Assembly (NCBI GenBank): GCA_964187785.1
Contig: OZ076411.1
Coordinates: 54,870,001-54,934,000, forward strand
From: Amphiscolops sp. MND2022
Taxonomy: Eukaryota
Reading direction: 5' to 3'
Length of the DNA stretch: 64,000 bases
Every line of letters starts with the position of its first letter. The first letter of the stretch is position 1. Both the position numbers and the translations under genes were made by a program. This document shows positions 1 to 12,472 of this stretch, in pieces. The notes beneath the pieces are model-generated. The model made no database searches. It saw nothing but the letters and a program-made list of their open reading frames with translations, and was not told the DNA's origin.

Positions 1-880
1 TCAGCCGGCTGAAATCTTTTTTAAGGTATCAAAACAAATCATTCAGATGAGCTTCTACCGATAACCTGGTTGAAACTGCTTGAACGTTTTACATGTTTTT
101 CGTAGGTTACCAAGCTAATTTTTCCGAAATTTCAAAGAAATGTCCATACATTAAAACTTGACAACAATTAAAACTAAATTTGGCGGCAAATCTGTGCGAT
201 TCATTAAGATGCCGTTCCAATTTCGAAAGCAGCTGAGACCTTCATCAATTTTATATCGATTTTAATGCAAATAAACTTCAGTCACATTATGGGGTTTCAA
301 ATTAGCGTCACATTCAGCGCGCTATCTGACTAACGGTGATTACATAAGGCACCTACTGTACTTGAGAAACTTACGCGTGAAAACAAAGTGATAGCGGCGG
401 AGCAGTGGAAGTGTTTTCAGTTTCAATTCAAATAGTAGAGGCTGCATTGTAATCCTACAAAATGCTTCCATGCAGGCTCTCAGATCTTTCCATGTTTTGT
501 AAAAAAAATAGCCTGCATGTTTCCATATAAAAAGTTCAAACAACCGCAACTAGGGTAGTTTATCAGACAAACAATTTAATTGTTGAAAATTCTAGAAGAG
601 CGAATTGTCATTTGGTGCTTATTACTTGATAAATTTTGGTGACATTTCGACGGAATACGCTCTTTTTATTGAATTTCCAAGAACTATTATTGAATAACAG
701 GAATTATATTATGAACAGGAAAGGTATGTTTGGTAGCGAATTTTTCATTTTCAGCTCTATGGATATTCAAACTTCTAAAACATGCGAAGATTATCAAAAA
801 AGCATGAAACGTTTGATTTGAGATGAAGAGGCCATCACTGTTTTCGAACACTGTGATAATTATTACCCACCTGAAGATCT

Positions 881-1361
881 AAACAAGCCGAGACCGGCCC
901 AAGTCGGTGCCATGTCAAGGCTCAAAAATAGCAAAAAGACTTCCAAGTGTCAAGTATTCTCTTTTACAATACTCGAAAATCAAAAATTTTCGAAAAAAAA
1001 TGGACCGAGTGGCGCGCTAAAGTCTCACAATGCCAAAAAACTGAAAGGGGGGACCCTTTGAGGTTTTTCAACATTCATTCTGTCGCAAAACATCTTTTGG
1101 GGAAAAAAATTTTCCGGAAAAAAAGTCGCAGTACCGAAAAAAATTGAAAGGGGGGACCATTTGGTCTCCCCGGGTATGGTATGGTACGCGGGTAAACAGG
1201 AAAAACTTTTTTGGTTCAGTTCGCTAGACCAAATAGTGCAATTTGGTGCCATAATATTTTGTAGAACTTTTAAGAACTATTTTGGTCAGTTCGTGTGGAT
1301 TGAAAAAAAAGAAAAGCCACTATAATAGTCGCGTTTCACTTCATGAAGCGCCGACTAAAAA
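881..1361 (+). mobile_element. Dispersed ~450-bp non-autonomous repeat, near full-length copy (Helentron/DINE-like by inference)
   Basis: Starts aaacaagccg; ends tagtcg...ttcatgaa...cgactaaaaa hairpin; homologous copies at 3434, 19405, 21457 and 23079. Confidence 0.75.
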
Positions 1362-1722
1362 TGTACGCAAAAGGAATAGCGCTGATGGGTCTTTTCTGAA
1401 AACAAAACATTACCTTCCTATTATGAAAGCGTACAGAATAGTTTTTTTCTAGGCCGTTCATCTCGCTGAACATTCCAAACTTCGATAGCTAGTAAAAACT
1501 GAACAAAAATTAGAGCTAAAATGTAAATATATGCTTTTTTGAGGTCATTGTGACGTTTTCTAAGATTACGTTTCTGGTGTAAAAAAAATTGATACAATTC
1601 CATTCGCTTCAATTTTTTATCACTCATCAACATTTTTCAAAAATGTACAAAAATTGCCATTAACGTCAGAAAACGAAAAAACGCGTTTATAACTACTATA
1701 AGGAGTAATAAACTTCTGACTA

Positions 1723-2596
1723 CCCAGGTTTTCGATCTTTGCGAATCTGTGCAGATCTGCAGAATTTTTTCTGCAGGGTTCTGCAAAGGTCGTTGCACTG
1801 AATCTTGAAGATCCATAAAGATCTGCAAGATCTTTACTGAAGTGTGCAGATTTTCTTTAAAGATTTTTGCAGGAATATGTATTTCTGCAGCTTCTAAGGA
1901 ACCAATATACTGCATTTTTGGACTTCTTCAACTACTTTATCGAGTATTTTAGCTGACCTAGGGTCGGTCAGTTGAAACTGTCCTTCACTCAAAATTCTCG
2001 AAAAGGGAAATTTGTCCTCATCACAGTAATTTTGGTGACTGGAGAATGCGCCGTAATGGTTATACACCGTAATTTATCCATTTCACTTGAACTTTCCAGC
2101 AGTGGTTGTTGAACTTTGAGAAGCTCGTTTGCCATATTGACTTCGTTTTGACGGATGAAATTTGACACGTGGCAATCTTCTGGGTTGGTAGATGTGTTGA
2201 TAAAGTGTTGTTGTTGTAATATTTCGGGAACATGGTTTGTTGGAGTAATTTTAGTAATTTCTGGTAACTCGGAAAAAGTTATAGTAATTTATTGGTCATT
2301 GTTTGGATCTGTAAAGATCTGTAAAGATCTGCAATACTCTACAGATCTTTACAGATTGCTACAGAAAAATTTTGCATCATTTTGACATAAATGAGATTTC
2401 TCTCGAGTTTTAAACATTTTTATTATTCGTTTGACATTGCTGTGGGGTTTTTATTGTGTTTCTAAGTAGATCATTTTTCTTCGAATCTGCACATATCTGC
2501 AAAGATCTGCAAAAATCCTGCAGATCTGCACATACCTGCAAAGATCCGCAAAAATCCTGCAGATCTGCACAGATTCGCAAAGATCGAAAACCTGGG
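1723..2596. mobile_element. MITE with ~40-bp TIRs, TA target duplication and internal AGATCTGCA repeats
   Basis: 1721 TAcccaggttttcgatctttgcgaatctgtgcagatctgcag is the reverse complement of ...ctgcagatctgcacagattcgcaaagatcgaaaacctgggTA ending at 2598. Confidence 0.85.
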
Positions 2597-3433
2597 TATT
2601 TACTTGGGAAGTCTCTTAAAGCGAGGAATGTGTTTCTCAGGAGTGGAGAGAAGTAACTTGTACAAAAACTGCTTGAAACAGTCAAAATTTGGTTTCTTTT
2701 TTGGGAGGCACTATTGCAACTCACTGGGACTTTTAATCCTTGAAAACGTTCAGGAACAAAACCAAAACTGCTACATAATCGTTAGAAGGAAGGAAAAGTT
2801 GTTTTGTTGTCACGTTGAAGACTATTTTACATAACCACTGAATTGCTTGTCGTAAAAGCGTACCAGATGACTATTTGCTTCGTCTTTTAAATATTTGCGT
2901 GTTCATAAACGTATATCATTTCAGCGAAAATGGCTCAAAATAGTCAACAGTAAACTTTGAATATAACAAAGATAATTTTGGTGCAAACAAATATCAGACC
3001 ACTCTTGGTATCAGCGTGCGTGATAGCTATGTGGTTCGCAGTTGAGTTTTTTTTAGGAGTTCTAAGTTTTCGAATTGTACGGACTTTGATCAAACATTGC
3101 CTTTAAAATGTCAAAACATAGAACGTTTAGAGTCTTTCCGGAATTTTAGTGTCCTTTTTTCGTTCATGAGATACTTTCAGATTTCTCTTCAAAAAGCGCC
3201 CTGGATAGGTGATGTTTAAGGTTTGGATTTTTTATCCCACGAAAAAGTTGGCCACCTGTTCACGATTTTCGAGGTTTAATTTAAGGGTCATTTTGGTGTC
3301 AATCAAAAAGTGATAAGTCTCTACACATACAAATCGCACATAACTAAATTCATCTCAACTGAATTCTTTGAACGATCCCCTTCATTTTACGTATAACTTG
3401 GGAGCCTGGAAAAGTTTGGTAAAAACTAATATG

Positions 3434-3665
3434 AACAAGCCGGGAACGGCCCAAGTCAGCGCCAAATTTAAGGCTCAAAAACAGCAAAAGGAGCTCGAAG
3501 TGTCAAAGTATTCTCTTCTACAGCACGTGAAACACCCAAACATTGGACCGATTTGGCGCGCTAGGGAGATGCTTTTAGATTTTTCATCCATTCTGTCGGA
3601 AATTGTCAAATTGAAAGGGGGACCCTAGAGTGAAAAACAATTTTATTTGAAAGAGTCTTACAATC
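3434..3665 (+). mobile_element. 5' fragment of the same ~450-bp dispersed repeat
   Basis: aacaagccgggaacggcccaagtc...ttgaaagggggaccc matches 881-1100. Confidence 0.75.
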
Positions 3666-3877
3666 CCGGCCTACAATGTCGACATATAATATATAACACT
3701 CTATGTGCCACAGATGAAACAAAAATCGAGTACGAAGCCACTATTTGATTACCATGATATACATTTGAAAAAACTACTCGAAACAGGAATAGTATCTAAA
3801 ACCGTAAAATCCAAAAACAGGAAAACAGTTTCATTCATGTCAGTTTGAGTGGTTGGTTTAGATATTTGTTGAAGGCT

Positions 3878-4010
3878 AAACTCAATGCTAACTTCTATCT
3901 CTGGAATGATGTCTGACGACGGATCAAAAGATGATCGTTGACAAGAATTGTATTAACTGTTTTGCATCAAGACCTTGTGGCAAATGATGTTCTCTATTTT
4001 CTGTCTTGAT
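3878..4010. repeat. Partial LTR (left direct repeat of the gypsy element)
   Basis: taaactcaatgc...gtctgacgacggatcaaaaga...tttctgtcttgat is repeated with divergence at 9053-9183; a polypurine-like aagcagggga lies on the minus strand near 4082-4091. Confidence 0.7.
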
Positions 4011-7000
4011 AAATTTATGTTTGTCAATAATTGTTCTTTTTAATTAAGTCAAGGTCAGTTCAAGAGTCTAGCTCTCTCACATCCCCTGCTTTAAATAATG
4101 GAGGACACAAGGTTCTGATACGTACATTTACAACTAGTAAGTTCACAGATACTATAAAATATATTAATGTATAATGTATAATCGAAGTGTAATGATAATA
4201 AAATGTATAGATGTAGCCCATATAATTTATCTCGGGAGAGATGATTGTTTGTTTGGTTTCTGCGTTAGGCGTTGTAGTTTTTTAACTTTCTTCGAATCTT
4301 CATTCGTTGAGGCTTTCCTCCTCTCCACTTCTGCGGCTGGTGATTTGTGAGACCATAATGTTTTGCCCGTGGAAGATTCTTATCCTTCGTCTCGGTTGTG
4401 CGTCTGTTTCCGACGTTTCGATTCTTTCTGGCATTTCCAGTTGACCATCATTTTGGCTGTTGTCAGTTGATTCGATTACTATGGTAGACTTGATGTCTTG
4501 TTTTTGACACTGTATTTATGTTGTTTTGTGTTGTCTGCATAATCTGTTCTTCTTGTTCAATGATTCCACTTCGCAGATTGTCGGTTGTTTTGTCATTCTT
4601 TCTTCCCTCTTGTGCTTTTTTGCCTTTCTTCGTCAATTCTTTTATCGCTGGTGTTTTCTTTTGCTGCTTTGGCGGCGTTATTTGTTTGGCGGGTTTTCAT
4701 TGGTTGAAGTAAATGACGATTCGAATTCTATTGGCTGATCGTCCATGTCTGACTGTTCGCTTCGATTTGAAACTTCCTTCAATTGTCGCCAAACTTAGTT
4801 CGCTGCCTCTCTGGAACAACACATTTTTTTGTCAGTTCTGTGGGGTGTTTCTGATATGTCTTTTTGAGATAATTGTTCGCTGTTTCTTTCCAGCTGGTAG
4901 GAACGTAATAGTGTGGTTGGATTGCTCCAATAAGACACCCTTGCTCTTTTTGCATGCTCCTTCTAACTTCGTTCCTCTCGATCGTTCTCGAACTAGAAAT
5001 GTGGAGTGTTGTCCTGATTGTTGGGTCGTCCAGCTTCATTCTTTAGGGTTTTGAAAGAACCCAAGACGGGTTTATTGCCAGCTTGTTAATTGTATTCGGT
5101 TCCTTGCCCGTTTGTTTCTCGTATGCCGACTGTCCTCTTGCGGATGGGTACATTCTTTGTGAAAAAAAAAGATTTCTGAAAGGCCTGAATTATCCCATTT
5201 TACAATTATTTGTTTGTTTGCTTTCATGCGTTCGTTAATCGTTGTTAGTAAGCATTCCTTTTTTTCCGTTCCATCTATGATTTCTACTGGGCATTGAATG
5301 CGTTGTATTAGACGTTTTTGGCAAAATTCCTTAAATCGCTTACTACGGAGAATTGTTCCTGGGTCTGTCCTTATCACTTGTGGAGTTCCATGTCTCGCTG
5401 TATAAATCCGTAAGAACTCTAATACCTTTTCGGTGGTTGGTTTTATTAGGAATTTTGCCTCAGGCCAGCCCGAATTGAGACTAACTACTGTTTTTAGCGT
5501 TTATTGATATTGGAAAAGTCCTGCGAAATCTAATTCAATTTCTTGATTAATTTCAGTACACTTTGGTAAATTTCCTATTTGTTTTTGTTTCATTACAGTT
5601 TTATGGTCTTAACGGTCTGCTGGCATTGTGTACACGCCTCTGCTAGTGACACCACTTCTCTGTGTAATCTCGGCCACCAGACATAAGAGACTGTTGCCAG
5701 CATTGTATCCTGTCCGGGGTGTCCGAAGAGCAGTGATATGCTTATGACCTGTCGTAGCGCATTGGGGAGATGACGAGGCGTTCGTCCATATAGATAAAAT
5801 CGTTTGTGTCTCGGCTCAAACATTTAATATTTGCCTTCCACAGAGTAAGGAGGCAGCTTTTTTTTGTGGTGTCTGGCTTCTTTTTTAACCTTATGATCCT
5901 CTGAGTAATTTCGTTGCTCTTATTTGGGCGGCAAAAGTGAAATTCCGAAGCGTTTGGAGAACATCGATTTGATTTACCAAATAACAAATCGGGCTTTTTA
6001 TGGGCGGTTTTTTGCCGCTTCGATTATCACGTCCCTCATTTTTACACTATTCTCTCTTTCTTGCGTGATTTATGAGTTCTGATTTGAATTTCACTGCAAT
6101 TTGCTTTAGCGCTTGTTTGTTTCTTTTGGTCGCGTCCTCCAGCATTTGCCATATTCTCACTTTCGCTCGACCTGTTCGCGCCTTCTAGTTTCTCTCTGAT
6201 TGATTGCTTTGAGATATTCTGCAATTTCCTATTTGCTCAAACAAATTCATTTTTGGTTATTTCGTTTACTGTAAACCAGTTGTTCCATAATTCTTCTGCT
6301 TTAATTTTGTTTATGTTACTAATACTGTCTGAGGGTGCATGCACTACCTTGGGTTGAAAAGTCAGAAGAAGATCTACCCAACTGGTTAGTCTGGAGGAGA
6401 ATGTATTGTTGGCTATACTTTCTTTTAATATAGTCATTAATGCATTGTGGTCTGACACGACCTAAATTTCAGTTCCTTAGTAATAGTTGCTGAAATTATC
6501 TATCAACCACACTGAGGCCAATAACTCTAGTTTTTTTATTGAGTATTTCTTTTCAAGTTCCGTTAAGAACCTAAACGCGAAATTGATGGTTCCCCAATCT
6601 TTTTCGATTTCTGTTGCAAGACCGCACCTAATCCATCTTTGCTTGCGTCGCAACTGATTCGTAATTCTAAATTTCTTTTAGATTGTTCTGTCATTTTTTT
6701 TCAGCCTCTTTTATTGTTTTGAATGCTGTTTCATGTTCATCTTTCCAATTCTATTCTCGATCCCTTTTCAATAATGGTCTTGTGGGGCGCATAAATTCGC
6801 TAAATTTGAAAAGAATTTGACATTTAAGTTATTGCCCCCATGAAGGATCTTAAGTCCTTAAGGTTTTTAGGTCTTAGTTTTTCGGTTATTGCTTGCACTT
6901 TTTCCTCCACTGGTTCAATTACTTCCTTTGACAGTTTGTAGCCCCGCCACTCGGTATCTGGTTTTGCGATTTTGCACTTTTCTACTTTTAGTCGTATTCC

Positions 7001-9052
7001 CGCTTCGTCCATTGCTTTGATTGTCTCTGCCACTGTCAACATGTGTTCTTCTTTTGTCCCTTTTGTTACCACTAAAATGTTGTCAAAGAAAGAGAATGTA
7101 TTTTCCGTTTAATGCAGTATTTTGGGTATTATTTTCTGGAAGTCAGGTGGCAATGTTGCTGAGCCATAGTAACCTGTTTGAATGCAAAAGTGCTTGTTGT
7201 TTCTCCTCCGGTAATCTGAAAAATGCAGTGCTTCGCTGTTTCAGGGTGCAATACCGTCTGTCCATATGCATATACCATGTCTAGTGATGTGAACCACACT
7301 TCTCCTTCTTGTTTGCCATTGATAATTCTGCTATGATTTCTGTCAGATTCTCGAGATTCGGCATCTGATTCTTCTCTTTCAATATGGCATTGTTGAGCAA
7401 CCTGGTATCAAGTGCGAGCTTGACGCTTCGGTCCTTCCTGACTGTTATCACCGGTGGTTGGATAAACATCTCATCTGTTATTCTGTCAATACGCTCAATA
7501 TGACCTGCTGCCAGAAGATTTTTGATTCCTTCATCCACTGCTTTTTGTAGTTGCAGGGGCACTCTTCTTCGCTTCTGTTGTGTTACCTTCGCTCTTTCTT
7601 CGAATTAGATTTTTACCAACAATTTTTCCTTGTCTTTTTAAAATTTTAGGAAAATTGTTCTCCATTCGTTGTAGTTCTGGTGACTTTTCAGTTTTGTTTG
7701 TTTTAATGTCATTGTTGCTTATAATGTTGTTGTTAAACTCACTATTGTTACTTGACTCAGCTACTTTAAAGTTCAGCCTTGCTAGCCAGTCTCGACCAAT
7801 GATTGATTTCTTTCTCACGAGCAATCACAATCCATGCCTATTTCAATGTTTGTTTCCACACTTTTATGTCTACTGTGGTGACTCCCAGTAGATTTAATGG
7901 TCGTCCATTGTAATCTACGTTTTATTCGTTTTTCGGCAATGGCCTGGCAAACATCAAGTCCTGCTGTAGGATTTGTCTCAAATCTCTCGATATAAAGATT
8001 GTGATTGTGGAGCTTGAATCAAACATTGTCGAAAATAGGTGATTCTTTATCTTCCGCTTCAGAACGAATGGTGGCGCCCCGTCTCCACTCACGTGTAGTT
8101 CACGTTCTCCGCTTCTTCGCCCGTGCTGCATTCTGATTGGTCCGATTGTTGATCAATTAGGTTCACTCTTCTCATTCTGCCGGTAAGTGCTTTTCTGGTA
8201 GATCCTCTGAAATTGGAGGTTTTTGGCTTTTTACACATACGCGCAAAGTGGCCAATTCCTCCGCAGTTCGGACACTTTTCTGTTCTGGCTCTGCATAGTG
8301 ATGAGTAATTTAGCTAAAATTCCACACCGCATCGCGTACATGGTTTTTTGGTCTCTCATTTATCACACAGACTGGTTCCGTTTTCACTTCTGCTCCGCCC
8401 CCGAAGCTTCGCTGTTGACTTATTCCTTCTCTGTGCTTCTTCTGGTTCTTCTTTTGTCACCGTACATAGACGTTGTTGAACCGTCTTGCTGTTCATATTC
8501 TGAATGAACGCATCCAATTTTAGGCTACAATTCTGGTCTCCAAATTCGCATTGAGACGCTAGTCTCGTGAGTACGTTCCAAAATTGTCTCAGTGTTTCGT
8601 TGTTTTGTTGTTTCCTTTAAAAAATTTTATGTCAGCCAAGTGTCCGATTTCTTTGCTTTACGAACGTCTGCTCGCAATTCTCTTTCATTTCTCTCAAAGT
8701 AGCTGTCACTACCGCCATGTACGGTAACTTGTCAATGAGGTTCTTGCTTGCCGTTTATCCCAGGGATAGGAATAGAATGTTGATGGTTTTTCTCTCCGCC
8801 GCTTTTTTGTTTGTGTCGTTTAAAACTGCTGTTTGACGGTTGTTGTTCCGTTGGTACTCTTGTTAATTCTGGAACTGAGATTGAACATTTGGCGTTAACC
8901 GCCATCACAAACAAGTCCCACATTTTTCCCACTCTGCTTTAGGAGGACATTCCGCCACATCCGAATAACTTGGCAGCCCCGCCAATGCTGACGAGCCGAC
9001 AACTGTCATCTTCACGCCTGAGTCTGTTGCATCACGCAGCACAATCTTAAAG

Positions 9053-9183
9053 GGTAAACTCAATGCCTTCTATCATGGAATAATGTCTGACGACGGATCA
9101 AAAGACGATAGTTGACAAGTAGTGTATTGACTGTTTTGTAACAAGACCTTCAGGCAAATGATGTTTGTGTTTTCTGTCTTGAT
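9053..9183. repeat. Partial LTR (right direct repeat), ending at a (TA)n tract
   Basis: Homologous to 3878-4010. Confidence 0.7.
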
Positions 9184-9184
9184 C

Positions 9185-9209
9185 TATATATATATATATA
9201 TATATATAT
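9185..9209. repeat. (TA)n microsatellite
   Basis: Directly visible. Confidence 0.95.
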
Positions 9210-10458
9210 TACTCTAACGTACAAATAATCTAATTTGTAAGTAAGATGGATGCCACTATTTGCTGGCCATGATTTATAAATAAAGAATAATTTATTCAGC
9301 GCTTAAAAAGTAGTGGTTGTAAGTTTTTTTGAACCCCGAGTTTCGTTCTGTTCCTCTGTTCTCTTAGGGCCCGAGCTCACACCCCAGCCCGGTGAAACTC
9401 AGTCCGTTCCCTCCACAAAATGCTGGGGCCCTTTGATGAAAAAAACATGTTTCAATTTGAACGGACTTTTTTTTACGTTCCGAGGCGGACTTCTGTTTTT
9501 TTTCTTGTTGATCTTGCATATCGCATCATCATCAGCAATGTCATCAGTTCCATCGTTTCACTTCATGAAGTGACTTTTTGAAAATAGCAAGACAACATTT
9601 ACCTGATTAAAAATATAGTGTGTACATCAATATAAACATAGAAAATACTGACAGTTTTGTTTTGAAAAATTCGAAAATTGTTCTGCTTTTGTAGGTGATG
9701 AATAATTTTCAAATTTTCTCCATTGATATATTCAATAAAAACACAATTCCAATTGAATAACTTTGTGCCGTTGGATGACAATTTTGTTTCCAGCTTTCCG
9801 GGCTGACACGATGAAAAATCGCTTTTTCTCTGGAGAAGTCATGAAGTGATATTACGAAAAAATCATTTTTCAACCGAAAAATTGGGCTTAGAAAGGCTTT
9901 TTCGCATCATGGTGAATTTGTCTTTTTTTCGTATCAATGTGCTGCTGGTAAATTTCAGTGGAGTAAAAGGGCATTTTCTGGATTGTTCATTTCAGGTTCT
10001 TCCATGTAACGGCGTCTATCCATGGAGCCAAATTTAGGGAAATAAGTCTAAAGCTGTGTAATTTGAATTATTATTAGTGATTCCATTTTCGTCGGGGAGC
10101 GAGAATAACGTCTTGAGCCATGTCATGCTCGCTCCCAATCTTAATACATTATAGTTCGTTCTTGAATTTTTTTCTTTCAGTCGTGTAATTGTAAGATGTG
10201 AATTGATTTTCATTGATTATACATAATGTCGCCACTATATCAGTAAATCGCGTCTCTTGATGTTAGTGCTGTATCAGCTAGGGCGCAAATGACGTCTAAA
10301 GAATGACGTCTAAAAGAAGGGCTATTCATTGATTCGATAATTTTCAAAGTACTCAAATCCTCGAAAATTCTGCAACTTTTCATTGCGTCTAAAAATTATA
10401 TAGCTATTATTTTCAGGTTATCATTTGAAGGTTAGCATATTTGTTGTATGGCTCGGTC

Positions 10459-10633
10459 GGGGAGCAGGAATAACGTCTAAGGAATAACGTCTAAAGCCAA
10501 GTCATGCTCAGTCATGCTCAGCTCAGTCATGCTCATTCCCAATCTTAATACATTGAATTTAGACGTTATTCCTTTAGACGTTATTCCCGGAACACCTTTT
10601 AGACGTTATTCCTTTAGACGTTATTCGCGCCCC
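10459..10633. mobile_element. Small palindromic MITE (GGGG...GAATAACGTCTAAAG termini)
   Basis: ggggagcaggaataacgtctaa ... ttagacgttattcgcgcccc; the AATAACGTCTAA motif is reiterated in both orientations; partial copy at 10094. Confidence 0.7.
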
Positions 10634-10843
10634 TAGGCTCGGTCGCTTCGCCAAGTAGCAACATGGAGGCACGGCCATATGACACGTCGCTCCGCTTCGT
10701 TTCGCACCTGCATTTAGGGCGCTAGGGGAAGTGAGCATAGCTGATTACATTATCGGAAGTTGTTCACCGCTGTGTAGCACACAAATTCAACCAATTTATT
10801 CGAGATAGTTTGCAAGTTTTATTGCTCTGATGAAGTGTGTATA

Positions 10844-10999
10844 CACTCAACTGTTTATAACTATTACGTTCATAACGATATCCCGGTTACAGGGATTGAG
10901 TTTCACGGTCCCGACGACGATGCTAGTATATAACGATTTTCGCCTATAACGAATAAAAAACGCCGGTCCCCGTGCAATCGTTATAAGCGGAGTTGATTG
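10844..10999. mobile_element. Tc1/pogo-type MITE
   Basis: TA|cactcaactgtttataac ... gttataagcggagttgattg|TA, imperfect TIR with TA TSD. Confidence 0.7.
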
Positions 11000-12078
11000 T
11001 ATAAGTAACAAGAAAACAGGCAGTAAACTGCATTTTAGGAGTGAGTTCGGTAATCTTACTCAGTGTATATCCATATAGTTACTGTGGATTGAAAGCTTTC
11101 GAGTTTTATGAGATCTGGCTTGTTCGGAGATAATATAGCAGAACCATAAGTAAGTATCGGTCGAATATATTCGGTCGTGATAGATACATTCGCCGCTTTC
11201 ATAAGGTTATTCCTTAGACATATTTCTACTTCCCGACTTCAACCTGGACAAGACATGTCTCATCTGGTTCGCTCGGAAAAACAACCTTGATGAACAGCCG
11301 ATACTAGTTTTTGGTGGCAATGACTTGTCGTTCACTTTTCAACCTTTCACTTCTCTGTCGGAAGATTTCGTCTGATTATAATATATCTTTTGAAACGATT
11401 ATATCAGCACTGCTGATTCAGCAGTATGAATTGTCCATGTGAGGTTATGACAGCTTAATACCCAGATCAATCAAAGGTTGAATTTTCAGCCCAAGTGTGG
11501 ATTCTCAGTCTCACAAATTAGAATATTGAAGTAATTTCGTCCAAAAAAACCGAAATTCCGAAAAAAAAATTGGGCCAGTGCGTGGCCCAGGGTCTTACGG
11601 ATTTTTTTCACAGAAACCAAACCATACGTGAAATGCGATTGGTGATTCTTGCGATATATTTACAGCCGATGTTTTTTAAAATTATGATACGATGCCCTAA
11701 TTCATAAATCTCTCCTCCACTTGATGTTCTTGGTGCTTGTTTCATTCAGGGGACCGTTTTTGACACTGTATGGAGGCTCTGCAGCTTGCAGCGATCTGGC
11801 ACCTTGCCTATCTTTTTCTGACTGCCCATGCTTCAACTCGGGCTAATTCTATTTCGTAAAGACCCTTTTAAAATGGTTCCAGTTCGCACGGTCCTTATTT
11901 ATTATTTTCAGATAAAAAGAAAGAATGAAGTTAGAAGAAATAAAAAGAAGAATAAGAAAAAAACCATACGTGAAATAGGTTTGGGGAATAAGGCCTTCGA
12001 AATAAAAATATGGCAGATGTTACGAATGCCGCAAAGAAAATTTGTTAACGTCGCTTAAAGGCATCTGTATTTTAAGTC

Positions 12079-12188
12079 GGGGTTCGAATAACGTCTAAAG
12101 GAATACTACTATTAGATAACATCTATAAGTCATTGTTTTAATATAAGGAATGAGTATGACTTGGCTTTAGACGTTATTCCCGCTCCCC
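12079..12188. mobile_element. Second copy of the AATAACGTCTAA palindromic MITE
   Basis: ggggttcgaataacgtctaaag ... ctttagacgttattcccgctcccc. Confidence 0.7.
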
Positions 12189-12472
12189 TAGATTTGTACA
12201 TTTTTTTCAGATTATTTGATAATTTACGACTGCTGTTCAATGCGGATATGTCCAAATTACAGAAACAGTCGTCGTCCGAGCGAGAGGTGAAAAAGATACA
12301 GGGAACCTGAATATAATCAACGTTAGCGGAGTGACTAGTAGTGTTTCTTATCGAACTTTTTTTAAATGCGGGTTTTAAAAAAAAAATAAATTGACAGTCG
12401 GGGCTAATATACGCATTGATACGTGTTTTTATATCCGGAATCCACTATCACGATTGAAATTCGATGTATCGG

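Larger units (their letters stand above)
3840..9183 (-). mobile_element. Decayed Ty3/gypsy LTR retrotransposon
   Basis: Minus-strand remnants in gag-PR-RT-RH-IN order: CCHC knuckle CPNCGGIGHFARMC (~8230-8300), protease FDSSSTITI (~8000), RT VITVRKDRSVKLALDTRLLN and FFDNILVVTKG (6800-7560), RH SRLTSWVD (~6380), IN HPGQDTM...CTQC and IRTDPGT (5070-5830). Many stops and frameshifts. Confidence 0.92.

Noticed and set aside
947-1252. Short ORFs in the ~450-bp dispersed repeat (also 3368, 19412, 23119-23486)
   Set aside because: Frames and stops are not conserved between copies.
3837-9210. Complete LTR pair with TSD for the gypsy element
   Set aside because: Only ~130 bp align; outer ends differ and one is cut by (TA)n, so no TSD or exact LTR bounds can be supported.
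9368-9435. GC-rich inverted repeat (ccccagc/gctgggg, gggccc) as a structured ncRNA
   Set aside because: Stem is only ~7 bp, with no snoRNA boxes or second copy.
12079-12095. tRNA B box (ggttcgaat)
   Set aside because: It is part of the MITE terminal repeat; no A box or cloverleaf upstream.
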